DNA from: Acidobacterium sp.
Lineage (GTDB): Bacteria; Acidobacteriota; Terriglobia; Terriglobales; Acidobacteriaceae
Direction: 5' to 3'
DNA: 64,000 bases
Assembly: GCA_003166955.1 (NCBI GenBank)
Contig: PMUI01000105.1
Coordinates: 46,048-110,047 of the forward strand
Shown here: positions 18,736-27,733 of the stretch, piece after piece
Position numbering within the stretch: the stretch's first letter is position 1
How the letters are laid out: each line of letters opens with the position of its first letter
Position numbers and translations under genes: made by a program
The notes under the pieces: generated by a model
What the model was told of the DNA's origin: nothing
The model's database searches: none
What the model saw: the letters and a program-made list of their open reading frames with translations, nothing else

Positions 18736-19944
18736 ATGAACACGACCGGGAAGCCACGGATCTTTTGCATCAGCAGCTATGAGAAGGGCCAGGCCTTTCT
18801 GCAGGAGTGCGCCGCGCTGGGGTGCCGCGTGGTGCTGCTGACGGTGGAAAAGCTGCGCCATGCCGACTGGTCGCGGGGGATTCTCGAAGACTTTGTGACG
18901 ATGCCGGAGGGGTTGACACTGCAACAAGTCACCAACACGGTGACGTATTTGGCGCGGTCGAAGCGCTTCGACCGGATTGTCGCGCTTGATGAGTTCGACA
19001 TGGAGACCGCGGCGCATCTGCGGGAGCATATGAGGATTCCGGGGATGGGGCGCACGCTGACGGCGAATTTTCGCGACAAGCTGGCGATGCGGGAGGAGGC
19101 GCAGCAGGCGGGGGCGCTCGTTCCCGAGTTCACGCGCGTGCTGGTGCACCAGGAGCTGCGGGAGTGGATGAAGCGTGTGCCCGCGCCGTGGGTGCTGAAG
19201 CCGCGCAGCGAGGCGTCGGCGATCGGGATTAAGAAGATGCAGGCGGCCGACGATGTGTGGCGCACGCTGGAGCATCTGGGGGATCGTCAGACGTATTACG
19301 TGCTGGAGCGTTTTGTGCCCGGCGAGATTTTCCACGTCGACTCGATCGTGAGCGAAGGCCAGGTGGTGTTCACGAGCGTGAGCGGATACGGCAAGCCGCC
19401 GATGCAGACGATGCATGAGGGCGGCGTGTTCACGACGCGGATTCTGGAGCGCGGGTCGGATACGGCGCGATCGCTGGTCGAGATCAACGCGAGGCTGATG
19501 CCGGCGCTGGGGATGGTGCGGGGCGTGACGCACGCGGAGTACATCCGGGCTAAGGAAGACGGGCGGTTTTATTTTCTGGAGGCTGCGGCGCGGGTGGGCG
19601 GCGCGTTCATCGCCGACGTGGTCGAGGCAGCGACCAGCGTGAATCTGTGGCGGGAGTGGGCGCGGATTGAGATCGCGCATTTGCGCGGCGAGGCGTATCG
19701 CGTGCCACAGCCGCTGGCGTTTTATGCGGGGAGCGTGCTGTGTCTGGCGAAGACGGCGGAGCCGGACACGCGGAAGTTTTTTGCGCCGGAGATTGTGCTG
19801 CGGCTGAAGAAGCATCACCATGCGGGGCTGATTGTGCGCAGCGAGGACGCGGAGCGAGTGCGGGTGCTGTTGGAGGAATTTGCGGAAGGATTTGCGCGGG
19901 AGTTCCTGGCGACGGCGCCGGTACCCGATCGCCCTACTGCGTAG
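18736..19944 (+). CDS. ATP-grasp domain-containing protein
   Basis: 402 aa. ATP-grasp layout: DKLAMREEAQQAG..., WVLKPRSEASAIGI, YVLERFVPGEIFHVDS, YFLEAAARVGGAFI. Divergent from DUF4254 with a 36-nt spacer. Confidence 0.8.
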   Translation: MNTTGKPRIFCISSYEKGQAFLQECAALGCRVVLLTVEKLRHADWSRGILEDFVTMPEGLTLQQVTNTVTYLARSKRFDRIVALDEFDMETAAHLREHMRIPGMGRTLTANFRDKLAMREEAQQAGALVPEFTRVLVHQELREWMKRVPAPWVLKPRSEASAIGIKKMQAADDVWRTLEHLGDRQTYYVLERFVPGEIFHVDSIVSEGQVVFTSVSGYGKPPMQTMHEGGVFTTRILERGSDTARSLVEINARLMPALGMVRGVTHAEYIRAKEDGRFYFLEAAARVGGAFIADVVEAATSVNLWREWARIEIAHLRGEAYRVPQPLAFYAGSVLCLAKTAEPDTRKFFAPEIVLRLKKHHHAGLIVRSEDAERVRVLLEEFAEGFAREFLATAPVPDRPTA

Positions 19945-19948
19945 GGCT

Positions 19949-20003
19949 CTCAGCGTTCGGCGTTCTGCGTACAGCGTTCAGAGTCTCGCGGTTCGGCGGT
20001 CGC
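19949..20003 (+). repeat. Heptanucleotide-periodic intergenic repeat
   Basis: ctcagcg ttcggcg ttctgcg tacagcg ttcagag tctcgcg gttcggc ggtcgcg. Lies between the ATP-grasp stop and the galT start. Confidence 0.7.
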
Positions 20004-20022
20004 GGGTGGAAGGGAGATTAAT

Positions 20023-21114
20023 TTGACGGAGTTGTTGGAATATCCGCATCGGCGATTCAATCCGCTGCGTCGGCAGTGGGTGCTGGTGTCGCCGCACAGG
20101 ACGGATCGGCCGTGGCAGGGCGAGGTCAACAAGACCTCGGGGTTCTCAGATGTGCACTACGATCCGCAGTGCTACTTGTGTCCGGGGAATACGCGGGCTG
20201 GGGGGAAAGTCACGCCCAAATATGAAAGCGTCTACGTTTTCGACAACGATTATCCGGCGTTGTTGCCCCATACCGCGGAGCCCGGGCGGCAGGGTGCTCC
20301 GGAGTTTCACCCGACGACGCCAACCGGGGGCGCGGCGGGGACTTCGGCGGAGTTGCTGCGTGCGGAACGGGAGCGGGGACGGTGCCGGGTGGTGTGCTTC
20401 CATCCCGACCACAGTCTGACGCTGGCGCGGATGCAGGTTGGGGATATCCGGAAAGTTGTTGACGCGTGGACGGAGGAGTACCGGACGCTGGGGGCGGAGC
20501 CGAATTTTCGGTACGTTCAGATTTTTGAGAACCGCGGGGCGTTGATGGGTGCGAGCAATCCGCACCCGCATGGGCAGATCTGGACGACGGAGCATGTGCC
20601 GGATGAACCGCAGGCGGAGACCGAGGCGTTCGAGGAATATCGGAAGAGCCGCGGGTGTTGTTTGCTGTGCGACTACGCGGAGATCGAGACGCGGGAGGGC
20701 GTGCGGGTTGTTGCGGAGAATGACGGGTTTTTGGCGGTGGTGCCGTGGTGGGCGGTTTGGCCGTTCGAGATGCTGGTGATTGCGAAGAACCATGTGCGGT
20801 CGCTGCTGGATTTCGGTGATCGGAAGCGGGATGCGCTGGCGGATGTGCTGAAGCAGGTGACGACGCGGTACGACAATCTGTTTGAGACGAGCTTTCCGTA
20901 CACGATGGGGTTCCACCACGCTCCCACGGATGGAAAGGGGCATGAGGAGTGGCATTTTCACGGGCATTTTTATCCGCCACTGCTGCGATCGGCGACGGTG
21001 CGGAAATATATGGTGGGGTTTGAACTGCTGGGGATGCCGCAGCGGGATATTACTCCGGAGATTGCGGCGGAGAGATTGAAGGCGCTGCCGGCAGTGCACT
21101 TTACGGAGCAGTAG
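20023..21114 (+). CDS. galT: UDP-glucose--hexose-1-phosphate uridylyltransferase
   Basis: 363 aa, TTG start. Motifs: RFNPLRRQWVLVSPHR, CYLCPGN, FENRGALMGASNPHPHGQIW (HPH active site). Confidence 0.9.
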   Translation: MTELLEYPHRRFNPLRRQWVLVSPHRTDRPWQGEVNKTSGFSDVHYDPQCYLCPGNTRAGGKVTPKYESVYVFDNDYPALLPHTAEPGRQGAPEFHPTTPTGGAAGTSAELLRAERERGRCRVVCFHPDHSLTLARMQVGDIRKVVDAWTEEYRTLGAEPNFRYVQIFENRGALMGASNPHPHGQIWTTEHVPDEPQAETEAFEEYRKSRGCCLLCDYAEIETREGVRVVAENDGFLAVVPWWAVWPFEMLVIAKNHVRSLLDFGDRKRDALADVLKQVTTRYDNLFETSFPYTMGFHHAPTDGKGHEEWHFHGHFYPPLLRSATVRKYMVGFELLGMPQRDITPEIAAERLKALPAVHFTEQ

Positions 21115-21215
21115 GAGTGCATGAGCGAATAAAGCGGCGTCTATCGCTCAAAAATTGGCCAAGAATGAGCGACAGGATCGGGTTCTATCGATCAAGCCCT
21201 AACCGCGGGTGTGAG

Positions 21216-21291
21216 TGGTGAGCCCGCTGGGACTCGAACCCAGGACCCACGCCTTAAAAGGGCGTTGCTCTACCAACTGAGCTACGAGCTC
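21216..21291 (-). tRNA. tRNA-Lys (anticodon UUU), CCA encoded
   Basis: Reverse complement GAGCTCGTAGCTCAGTTGGTAGAGCAACGCCCTTTTAAGGCGTGGGTCCTGGGTTCGAGTCCCAGCGGGCTCACCA folds as a cloverleaf. Acceptor 7 bp (one G-U), D arm GCTC/GAGC, anticodon arm ACGCC-CTTTTAA-GGCGT, T arm CTGGG-TTCGAGT-CCCAG. Confidence 0.92.
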
Positions 21292-21880
21292 ACACCAGCC
21301 ATTCCGTCGCGCTGGGAACAGCCTGATTCCAGGTTAACACAGCAATTGGCGGGGCTCGCCGCCGGCTCGGGGTCCTTCAGCTGCGCTCGGGATTTCGCCT
21401 GCGGGCTCGGACGCCAGCAAGACGGCTCAAGCCAGATCAGCATTTCGAAACAGATCGGCGGAGCGGTGCGGTAGACAGCCCCGGCGACTTCGCGGAATCC
21501 GCATTTCCGGTGGAACCCACCCTTTGTGCTACCGGCTGGTCGGAGTCTGAGGGGCACGCTCTGTGCGGGTTAGGCACTACTGTCGTAACGGTACCGCAGT
21601 TACTGAAGAGGAATGGTTCAGGAGGGTGCTAAAGGGTTAACTTAGTTAAACTTCTAATCCACAAGCGTTTTCGGGGATGTCATCAGGTTGACGCAAAAAC
21701 AAACACCTTCCCGGCCCAGGAACGGACAGGCGGGGCGGGGGGAAACGGACAAAGCAATAACGTTCGACTGCTGCGCATTTCCAGGCTCGGCGGTGTGACA
21801 GGGTTTAGGGCTATCGGCCTGCCAACAGCAACAGTCATAGAGAGATCAGAGTCCAGTTGCGACCCGGGGGTGATGACGCA

Positions 21881-23272
21881 ATGAAGCGGGATGAGGACTC
21901 CAGAAGCGGCCGGGAACCGGAGAGTTACGAGCAGGCTGACGACGTCGCGACCCTTTACTCCTGGGCCAACCTCCACGGCGCAAAATACCGGGATTTCAGC
22001 GCGTCGCGTCAGGAGATACGGGCGCAGATGCGGCAGCGGACGCTGGCCGACCAGGCGAAGCTGGCTCGCGAGGAGGTTCACAAGGCCCCACCCGTGCTGA
22101 GCGAGAGCCCGCGGTGGGAGGACTTGCTGCCGGGCGGCGGCAGGCAGGGGACCCAGGTTCGTCACGAGATTCCGCCCGAGCGGAGGGTTGAGTCTCCCGA
22201 AGAGCTGAGGCGGACTTTGGGATTAGCGCAGGGTGCTGTCGAGACGGTTGCCGCCACGCGGCTGGGACTCACAGCTGCTCCCCATTTTCGAGAAGAGGCG
22301 GCGGCGGAGCCGCACGCCGGGGACAGGATGGAGGAGTCGGAGGCGACGGAGGTGCGTCCTGCGTGGCTGGCGGAGCGGGCTCCGCAGCCTGCAGCGCCGA
22401 TGCCAGCGCCGGCCCCGGTGGCCGAACCGGTACAGCAGCCGCGCGACCGCGTAGGGAGCCGGTGGTATGGACTGCGCGGCGTTCTTGGGCGGAGCCAGGA
22501 GGAAACACATCCCTCGCGGATGGAGAGCCAGGTTCCGGTTCTCTCGGTTTTCTCGCTGGCAGGCGGAGTGGGCAAGACGAGCCTGGTGGCGGGCATGGGA
22601 CGGGGTCTGGCGGCGCGCGGCGAACGCGTGATGCTGACGGATACCTGCTCGTTTGGCGTGCTGCCCTTTTATTTCGGGGCGCGGGAGATCAAGCCGGGCG
22701 TGGTGCGGACCTTCAGCGGGGGAACAAGCGATCCGCCGATTCGCGTGCTGACCCTGGACGCGGAGCGATACGAGGCGGACCCGGATCTGCTGCACCGGGA
22801 GATGATGCGCGGCACCCAGGATGTGAGCCGGGTGCTGGTCGACGTTGCGACTGCATCGGCTCCCATGCTGCGGCAGGCGCTGCGGCTTTCGCCGCTGGTG
22901 CTGGTGCCCATGGTTCCGGACATGGCTTCGGTGGTGACGCTGCAGGCGCTGGAGGGATTCTTCCGGAATCAGGAAGGGCTGAGCGGGAAGCCGGTGCAGG
23001 CCTGGTATGTGTTGAACCAGTTCGATCCGTCTTCGCCGCTGCAACTGGATGTGCGGGAGGTTCTGCGGCAGCAACTGGGTGAGCGGCTCTTGCCTTTCGC
23101 CGTGCATCGCAGTCCAGCGGTGAGCGAGGCCCTGGCGGAGGGCATGACCGCGATCGACTACGCGCCGCAATCGCCGGTGGCCGAAGACATCATGGGCCTC
23201 GTGACGTGGATTCGCAACACGTCGGTGGCGGTGAGCGGAGGGCATCGCGGATTGCGCTGGAGCGAGCGATGA
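21881..23272 (+). CDS. bcsQ: Cellulose synthase operon protein BcsQ (MinD/ParA-type ATPase) with ~215-aa N-terminal extension
   Basis: ATG at 21881 (the ORF opens at TTG 21857). Deviant Walker A at 22562-22582 (SLAGGVGKTS) and MinD-like C-terminal half. The stop overlaps the bcsAB start (ATGA at 23269-23272). Confidence 0.8.
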   Translation: MKRDEDSRSGREPESYEQADDVATLYSWANLHGAKYRDFSASRQEIRAQMRQRTLADQAKLAREEVHKAPPVLSESPRWEDLLPGGGRQGTQVRHEIPPERRVESPEELRRTLGLAQGAVETVAATRLGLTAAPHFREEAAAEPHAGDRMEESEATEVRPAWLAERAPQPAAPMPAPAPVAEPVQQPRDRVGSRWYGLRGVLGRSQEETHPSRMESQVPVLSVFSLAGGVGKTSLVAGMGRGLAARGERVMLTDTCSFGVLPFYFGAREIKPGVVRTFSGGTSDPPIRVLTLDAERYEADPDLLHREMMRGTQDVSRVLVDVATASAPMLRQALRLSPLVLVPMVPDMASVVTLQALEGFFRNQEGLSGKPVQAWYVLNQFDPSSPLQLDVREVLRQQLGERLLPFAVHRSPAVSEALAEGMTAIDYAPQSPVAEDIMGLVTWIRNTSVAVSGGHRGLRWSER

Positions 23273-26200
23273 CCCAGGAAGAGATCTGGGAAGGCTTTGA
23301 GACCGGCCGCGGCCCGTTCTTCAAACTGCTGCGGCTGGTCCTGGTCGCGGTTGGGATGGTCGCGCTGTTCTTTTTCGGCTCGCTGCCGCTCTCGTGGCCG
23401 CAGCAGGCGGTGCTGGGACTGCTCATGCTGGTGCTGTGCATCTGGCTGAGCCGAGTCTCGGATTCGTATCTGATCACGCTGACGCTGATGATGCTGTCGA
23501 TGTTCGCCACGTTCCGCTACGGATGGTGGCGCGTGAGTTCGATCATCGCGTTCTTTCAGGACCCGGGAACGAAATGGTCTCCAGTGGATGTGTTTTTCAT
23601 CTTGCTGCTACTGGGCGCTGAGGCCTACGCGTTTGCGATTCTCTACCTCGGTTTCCTCCAGACGGTGTGGCCTCTGCGGCGCGCGCCGGTGCCCCTGCCG
23701 GACGATCCGGACGACTGGCCGGAAGTCGACCTGCTGATTCCCACCTACAACGAGCCGCTGAATGTGGTGCGCTATACAGCGCTGGCGTCGCTGAATATCG
23801 ACTGGCCGGCGGACAAGCTGCACGTGTACATCCTCGACGACGGGAACCGCGAAGAATTTCGCGAGTTCGCGATGGAGGCGGGGATCGGCTACATAACCCG
23901 CGGCAACAACATCGAGGCGAAGGCGGGGAATATCAACAATGCGCTTCAGAGCCTGAGCGCGCCCTATGTGGCGATCTTCGATTCGGATCACGTTCCGACC
24001 CGCAGCTTCCTGCAGATGACGGTCGGGTGGTTCCTGAAAGATCCGAACCTGGGGATGCTGCAGACGCCGCATCATTTTTATTCCCCCGATCCGTTTGAGC
24101 GGAACTTGGGCCAGTTTCGCGTGATTCCGAACGAGGGCGAGCTGTTTTACGGAATCGTGCAGGACGGGAACGATTTCTGGAACGCGGCGTTCTTCTGCGG
24201 GTCGTGCGCCGTGCTGCGCCGCGAGGCACTGGACGAAATCGGGGGAATTGCAGCAGAGACGGTTACAGAAGACGCGCACACCTGTTTGCGGCTGCAGACG
24301 CGCGGATGGAACACGGCGTACATCAATATTCCGCAGGCGGCTGGGCTGGCGACGGAGCGGCTGAGCGCGCACGTGAAGCAGCGGATCCGGTGGGCGCGGG
24401 GGATGATCCAGATTCTGCGGATCGAGAACCCGCTGTTTGCGCCGAATCTTACGTGGCCGCAGCGCCTTTGCTACTTCAACGCAATGACGCACTTTCTGTA
24501 TGCGTTGCCGCGATTGATTTTTCTGACGGCGCCGCTGATCTATTTGATTTTCGGGTTCACGAATGTGCCGGGATACTGGATCGCGATCCTGGCCTATGCA
24601 CTGCCACACCTGACGCTGTCGAGCGTGACGAACAGCCGGATTCAGGGATACCACCGCCACTCATTCTGGAATGAGATTTACGAAACGGTACTCTCGCCGT
24701 ACATTCTGTTGCCCACGCTGACGGCGCTGTTCAATCCGAAGCGGGGCAAGTTCAACGTGACGTCGAAGGGTGGCCTCGTCGCGCGGACGTTCTTCGACGC
24801 GCGCATCGCGCAGCCTTTTATTGTGCTGCTGGCGTTCAATGCGCTGGGGCTGCTGATGGCGATCCCGCGGTTCATCCAAATCCCGGGACTGGGATCGCTA
24901 TGGGATGGGACGCATCCGGGGACGATCGTCACGAATGCACTGTGGACGTTCTTCAACATCGTGATTCTGAGCGTGTGCATCGCGGTGGCGCGGGAGGCGC
25001 GGCAGACGCGGCAGCACGTGCGCATTAACTTTGCGGCTCCGGTTCGAGTGCAGATGGGGGCCGGGCGGATCGTGCCCGGACAGACGATCGATGTCTCGAG
25101 CGGCGGACTGGCGATGGAACTGCTCGAGGGGATGCATGCAACCGACGGCGATTCGCTGAAGGTGATTTTCCCCCTGCGGACGGGCGATGCCGAGTTGCCG
25201 GCGACCGTGGTGGGGCTGGCGAACGGCGTGCTCCGGATGCAGTTCGATCCGCTGACCATCGCCGAAGAGGAGATGCTGACGACGGTGCTGTTCTCGCGGG
25301 CGGATTCGTGGCTGGGGTGGGGCGAGGCGCGCGAGGTGGATCAGCCGCTGCGCAGCCTGGCGCGAATTATTCGCATCGCGTTTCGCGGACTGGGCATGGC
25401 GTTCTCGGCCATCGTGCCGCGGCGCAGCAACACGCAGGCGAAGAAAGAACCGCTGGTGGAGACCCTGCTGCTGCTGCTGGCTCTGGGGCTCGCGGGCTGG
25501 GGCTTAAGTGCGAAAGCGCAAACAACTGCGGCCGGTACGGACAACCCGCAGACCACAACGACGACTCCAGCGGCGACTTCCACGACGCCAGCGCCGATTT
25601 CATCGGATTCAGGGGCAGCCGCAGGGACGTTTCGCACGGAGACGAACCTCTTCGATCTGGGAACGCCGAACACGATCAACCTGCGCGGGACGGATTCCTA
25701 CGACACGATTTACTTCGCGCTCCCGCAGAACCAGGTAGTGAAGCAGGCGTCGATGCACCTCTACTACCACTTTTCGCCGAGCCTGATTCCGGCGTTGAGT
25801 CATCTGAAGGTGATTCTGAACGGGACGACGTTCGCGACGCTGCCGGTTCCGCAGACGCCGTCGAACGGGACGGCGATTGAGGCGGACGTGGTGATCCCGG
25901 CGGATTTGCTGGTGCGCAACAACCAGCTCACGTTTGAGTTAATCGGGCACTATGCGCAGACCTGCGAGGATCCGACGAGTTCGGCGCTGTGGGCGCACGT
26001 GGACCCGAACACCAGGATCGCGATTGCGGGGGAGCTGCTGCCTCTGGCGGATGACCTGAAGCTGCTGCCGCTGCCTTTTTTCGATGCGCAGCTGGCACAG
26101 CCGCCGGTGGTTCCGGTGGTATTTGGGGCGGCGCCGTCGCTGAAGGGGCTGGAAGCGGCGGGCGTGGTGACGTCGTGGTTCGGTGTGCTCGGGGATTACC

Positions 26201-27729
26201 GGTCGATACGGTTTCCCGTGTCGGTGGGGAAGCTGCCGGCGGGGAATGTGGTGCTGATCGCGGAAAATGCAGGCGCACTGCCGCCGGGACTGAATCTTCC
26301 TTCTGTGGAAGGGCCGACCGTGGCGATGCGGACCAACCCTGTCGATCCGTATGGAAAGGTGCTGGTGGTGACCGGCGGGGATGCGGACCAAACGCTGGCA
26401 GCGGCACAGGCGCTGGCGACGGGCTATCCGGGACTGCAGGGAGCGACGGCGGCGGTGACGGTAAACTTGCCGGCGAAGAGCAGTCCGGACGACGCGCCGC
26501 GGTGGCAGGTGGCGGATCAGGCCGGGCGGGTGCCGTTATGGACGGGCCCAGCCGAGGCGTTGCAGGGCGATGGGAACGCGCCGCTGACGGCGTACTACAA
26601 GATTCCGCCCGATTTGTTTTTTCGCGATTTGCAGCAAAACGTGACGCTGCACCTGGACTATCGGTATAACTCGATCCCGATCGGGCCGATTTCAAGTATG
26701 CAGGTGGAGTCCAACGATGCGTATCTGGGATCGGTGCCGCTGGCTCCAGGCAAGGAAGCCTCGAAGCAGACGTCGGTGAACCTGGCGATCCCGGTGGTGA
26801 ATCTTCGGCCGTTTTCGAACTCGATGAGGTTCCGGCTGACGTTTCAGCTGCTGAAGGGCGGGGCCTGCAACAACTCGATCCCGGGAAACCAGATGGGCGC
26901 GATCCTCCGGAGCTCGTACATCGATGTGCACCGGCTGGCGCACTGGGCGGCGATGCCGAACCTGGAGCTGTTTTCGAATGCGGGATTTCCGTTTACCCGT
27001 TACGCGGACCTGAGCCAGACCGTGGTGGTGCTGCCGGAGCAGCCGTCGCTCCAGGAGATTGAGACCTACCTGACGATGATGGGGCATTTCGGCGCGGAGA
27101 CCGGGTTTCCGGCGGTGCGCGTGACGGTGGATGGTCCGGATGCTTTGCACTCCGGGGCCGACGCGGATTTTCTGGTGATCACAACAGCGCAGAGCAACGG
27201 GGCCATCGGGCAACTGGCGACGGGGATGCCGGTGACGTTCGGGGACAACAGCCTGAAGGTGCAGGACACGCGGGGATTTTTCGAGCAGTTTCACAACGCA
27301 TGGTGGAAGATTCCCTCGAGCGAGGATCTGACTTCCGGCGAAGTTGGGACGACCGGGGTTCCGGATGCGCTGATCGAGGAGATCGAGTCGCCGTACGCAA
27401 GCGGGCGGACGGTGGTGCTGATCGATATGAAGAGCACAGCGAATTTCGACGCGATGGCGAAGGCGTTTCTGGAGGCATCGCAGTCGAGCGCGGTTTCCGG
27501 GACGGTAGCGCTGCTCGAGGGCACGCGGTTTGAAAGCTATCGCATCGGCAACAACGTGTATCACGTTGGCTTCCTGCCGTGGTGGATGGCGGTAGGACTG
27601 TGGTTCACGCAGAATCCCGCGCTGATCGCTTTGGGCGTGCTGGGGATCGCGTTCGTGTTTGCCATCTGGATCCGAAGCTGGCTGCGGTTGAGGGCGCGTC
27701 GGCGGTTGCGCGTCGTGGAGAGCTTTTGA
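23269..27729 (+). CDS. bcsA: Fused cellulose synthase catalytic subunit BcsA (GT2 + PilZ) and periplasmic subunit BcsB
   Basis: 1486 aa. GT2 motifs DDG, DSDH, AKAGNINN, FFCGSCAVLRR, TED, QRIRWARG. PilZ motifs RQTRQHVR and DVSSGG. TM helix plus Thr/Pro linker near 25440-25620. BcsB-like body and a C-terminal TM anchor. Confidence 0.9.
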   Translation: MTQEEIWEGFETGRGPFFKLLRLVLVAVGMVALFFFGSLPLSWPQQAVLGLLMLVLCIWLSRVSDSYLITLTLMMLSMFATFRYGWWRVSSIIAFFQDPGTKWSPVDVFFILLLLGAEAYAFAILYLGFLQTVWPLRRAPVPLPDDPDDWPEVDLLIPTYNEPLNVVRYTALASLNIDWPADKLHVYILDDGNREEFREFAMEAGIGYITRGNNIEAKAGNINNALQSLSAPYVAIFDSDHVPTRSFLQMTVGWFLKDPNLGMLQTPHHFYSPDPFERNLGQFRVIPNEGELFYGIVQDGNDFWNAAFFCGSCAVLRREALDEIGGIAAETVTEDAHTCLRLQTRGWNTAYINIPQAAGLATERLSAHVKQRIRWARGMIQILRIENPLFAPNLTWPQRLCYFNAMTHFLYALPRLIFLTAPLIYLIFGFTNVPGYWIAILAYALPHLTLSSVTNSRIQGYHRHSFWNEIYETVLSPYILLPTLTALFNPKRGKFNVTSKGGLVARTFFDARIAQPFIVLLAFNALGLLMAIPRFIQIPGLGSLWDGTHPGTIVTNALWTFFNIVILSVCIAVAREARQTRQHVRINFAAPVRVQMGAGRIVPGQTIDVSSGGLAMELLEGMHATDGDSLKVIFPLRTGDAELPATVVGLANGVLRMQFDPLTIAEEEMLTTVLFSRADSWLGWGEAREVDQPLRSLARIIRIAFRGLGMAFSAIVPRRSNTQAKKEPLVETLLLLLALGLAGWGLSAKAQTTAAGTDNPQTTTTTPAATSTTPAPISSDSGAAAGTFRTETNLFDLGTPNTINLRGTDSYDTIYFALPQNQVVKQASMHLYYHFSPSLIPALSHLKVILNGTTFATLPVPQTPSNGTAIEADVVIPADLLVRNNQLTFELIGHYAQTCEDPTSSALWAHVDPNTRIAIAGELLPLADDLKLLPLPFFDAQLAQPPVVPVVFGAAPSLKGLEAAGVVTSWFGVLGDYRSIRFPVSVGKLPAGNVVLIAENAGALPPGLNLPSVEGPTVAMRTNPVDPYGKVLVVTGGDADQTLAAAQALATGYPGLQGATAAVTVNLPAKSSPDDAPRWQVADQAGRVPLWTGPAEALQGDGNAPLTAYYKIPPDLFFRDLQQNVTLHLDYRYNSIPIGPISSMQVESNDAYLGSVPLAPGKEASKQTSVNLAIPVVNLRPFSNSMRFRLTFQLLKGGACNNSIPGNQMGAILRSSYIDVHRLAHWAAMPNLELFSNAGFPFTRYADLSQTVVVLPEQPSLQEIETYLTMMGHFGAETGFPAVRVTVDGPDALHSGADADFLVITTAQSNGAIGQLATGMPVTFGDNSLKVQDTRGFFEQFHNAWWKIPSSEDLTSGEVGTTGVPDALIEEIESPYASGRTVVLIDMKSTANFDAMAKAFLEASQSSAVSGTVALLEGTRFESYRIGNNVYHVGFLPWWMAVGLWFTQNPALIALGVLGIAFVFAIWIRSWLRLRARRRLRVVESF

Positions 27730-27733
27730 GCAA

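Noticed and set aside
20290-20390. Apparent insertion in GalT (…HPTTPTGGAAGTSAELLRAERERG…) relative to the E. coli enzyme
   Set aside because: The loop region between conserved blocks varies in length among GalT homologs as far as I recall. Without an alignment I cannot show it is unusual.
21464-21475. CGGTGCGGTAGA resembles the RNase P RNA CR-IV segment (GGUGCGGUAAG)
   Set aside because: No GGAAAGUCC (CR-I) or ACAGAA (CR-V) elements lie on either strand nearby, so this is an isolated chance match.
21688-21760. Possible c-di-GMP riboswitch upstream of the bcs operon (GACGCAAAAAC resembles the ACGCAAAGC element of GEMM-I)
   Set aside because: The other conserved GEMM-I features (GGCAAACC, a GNRA tetraloop/receptor, paired P1/P2 helices) could not be found by eye. 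Needs an Infernal scan before any claim.
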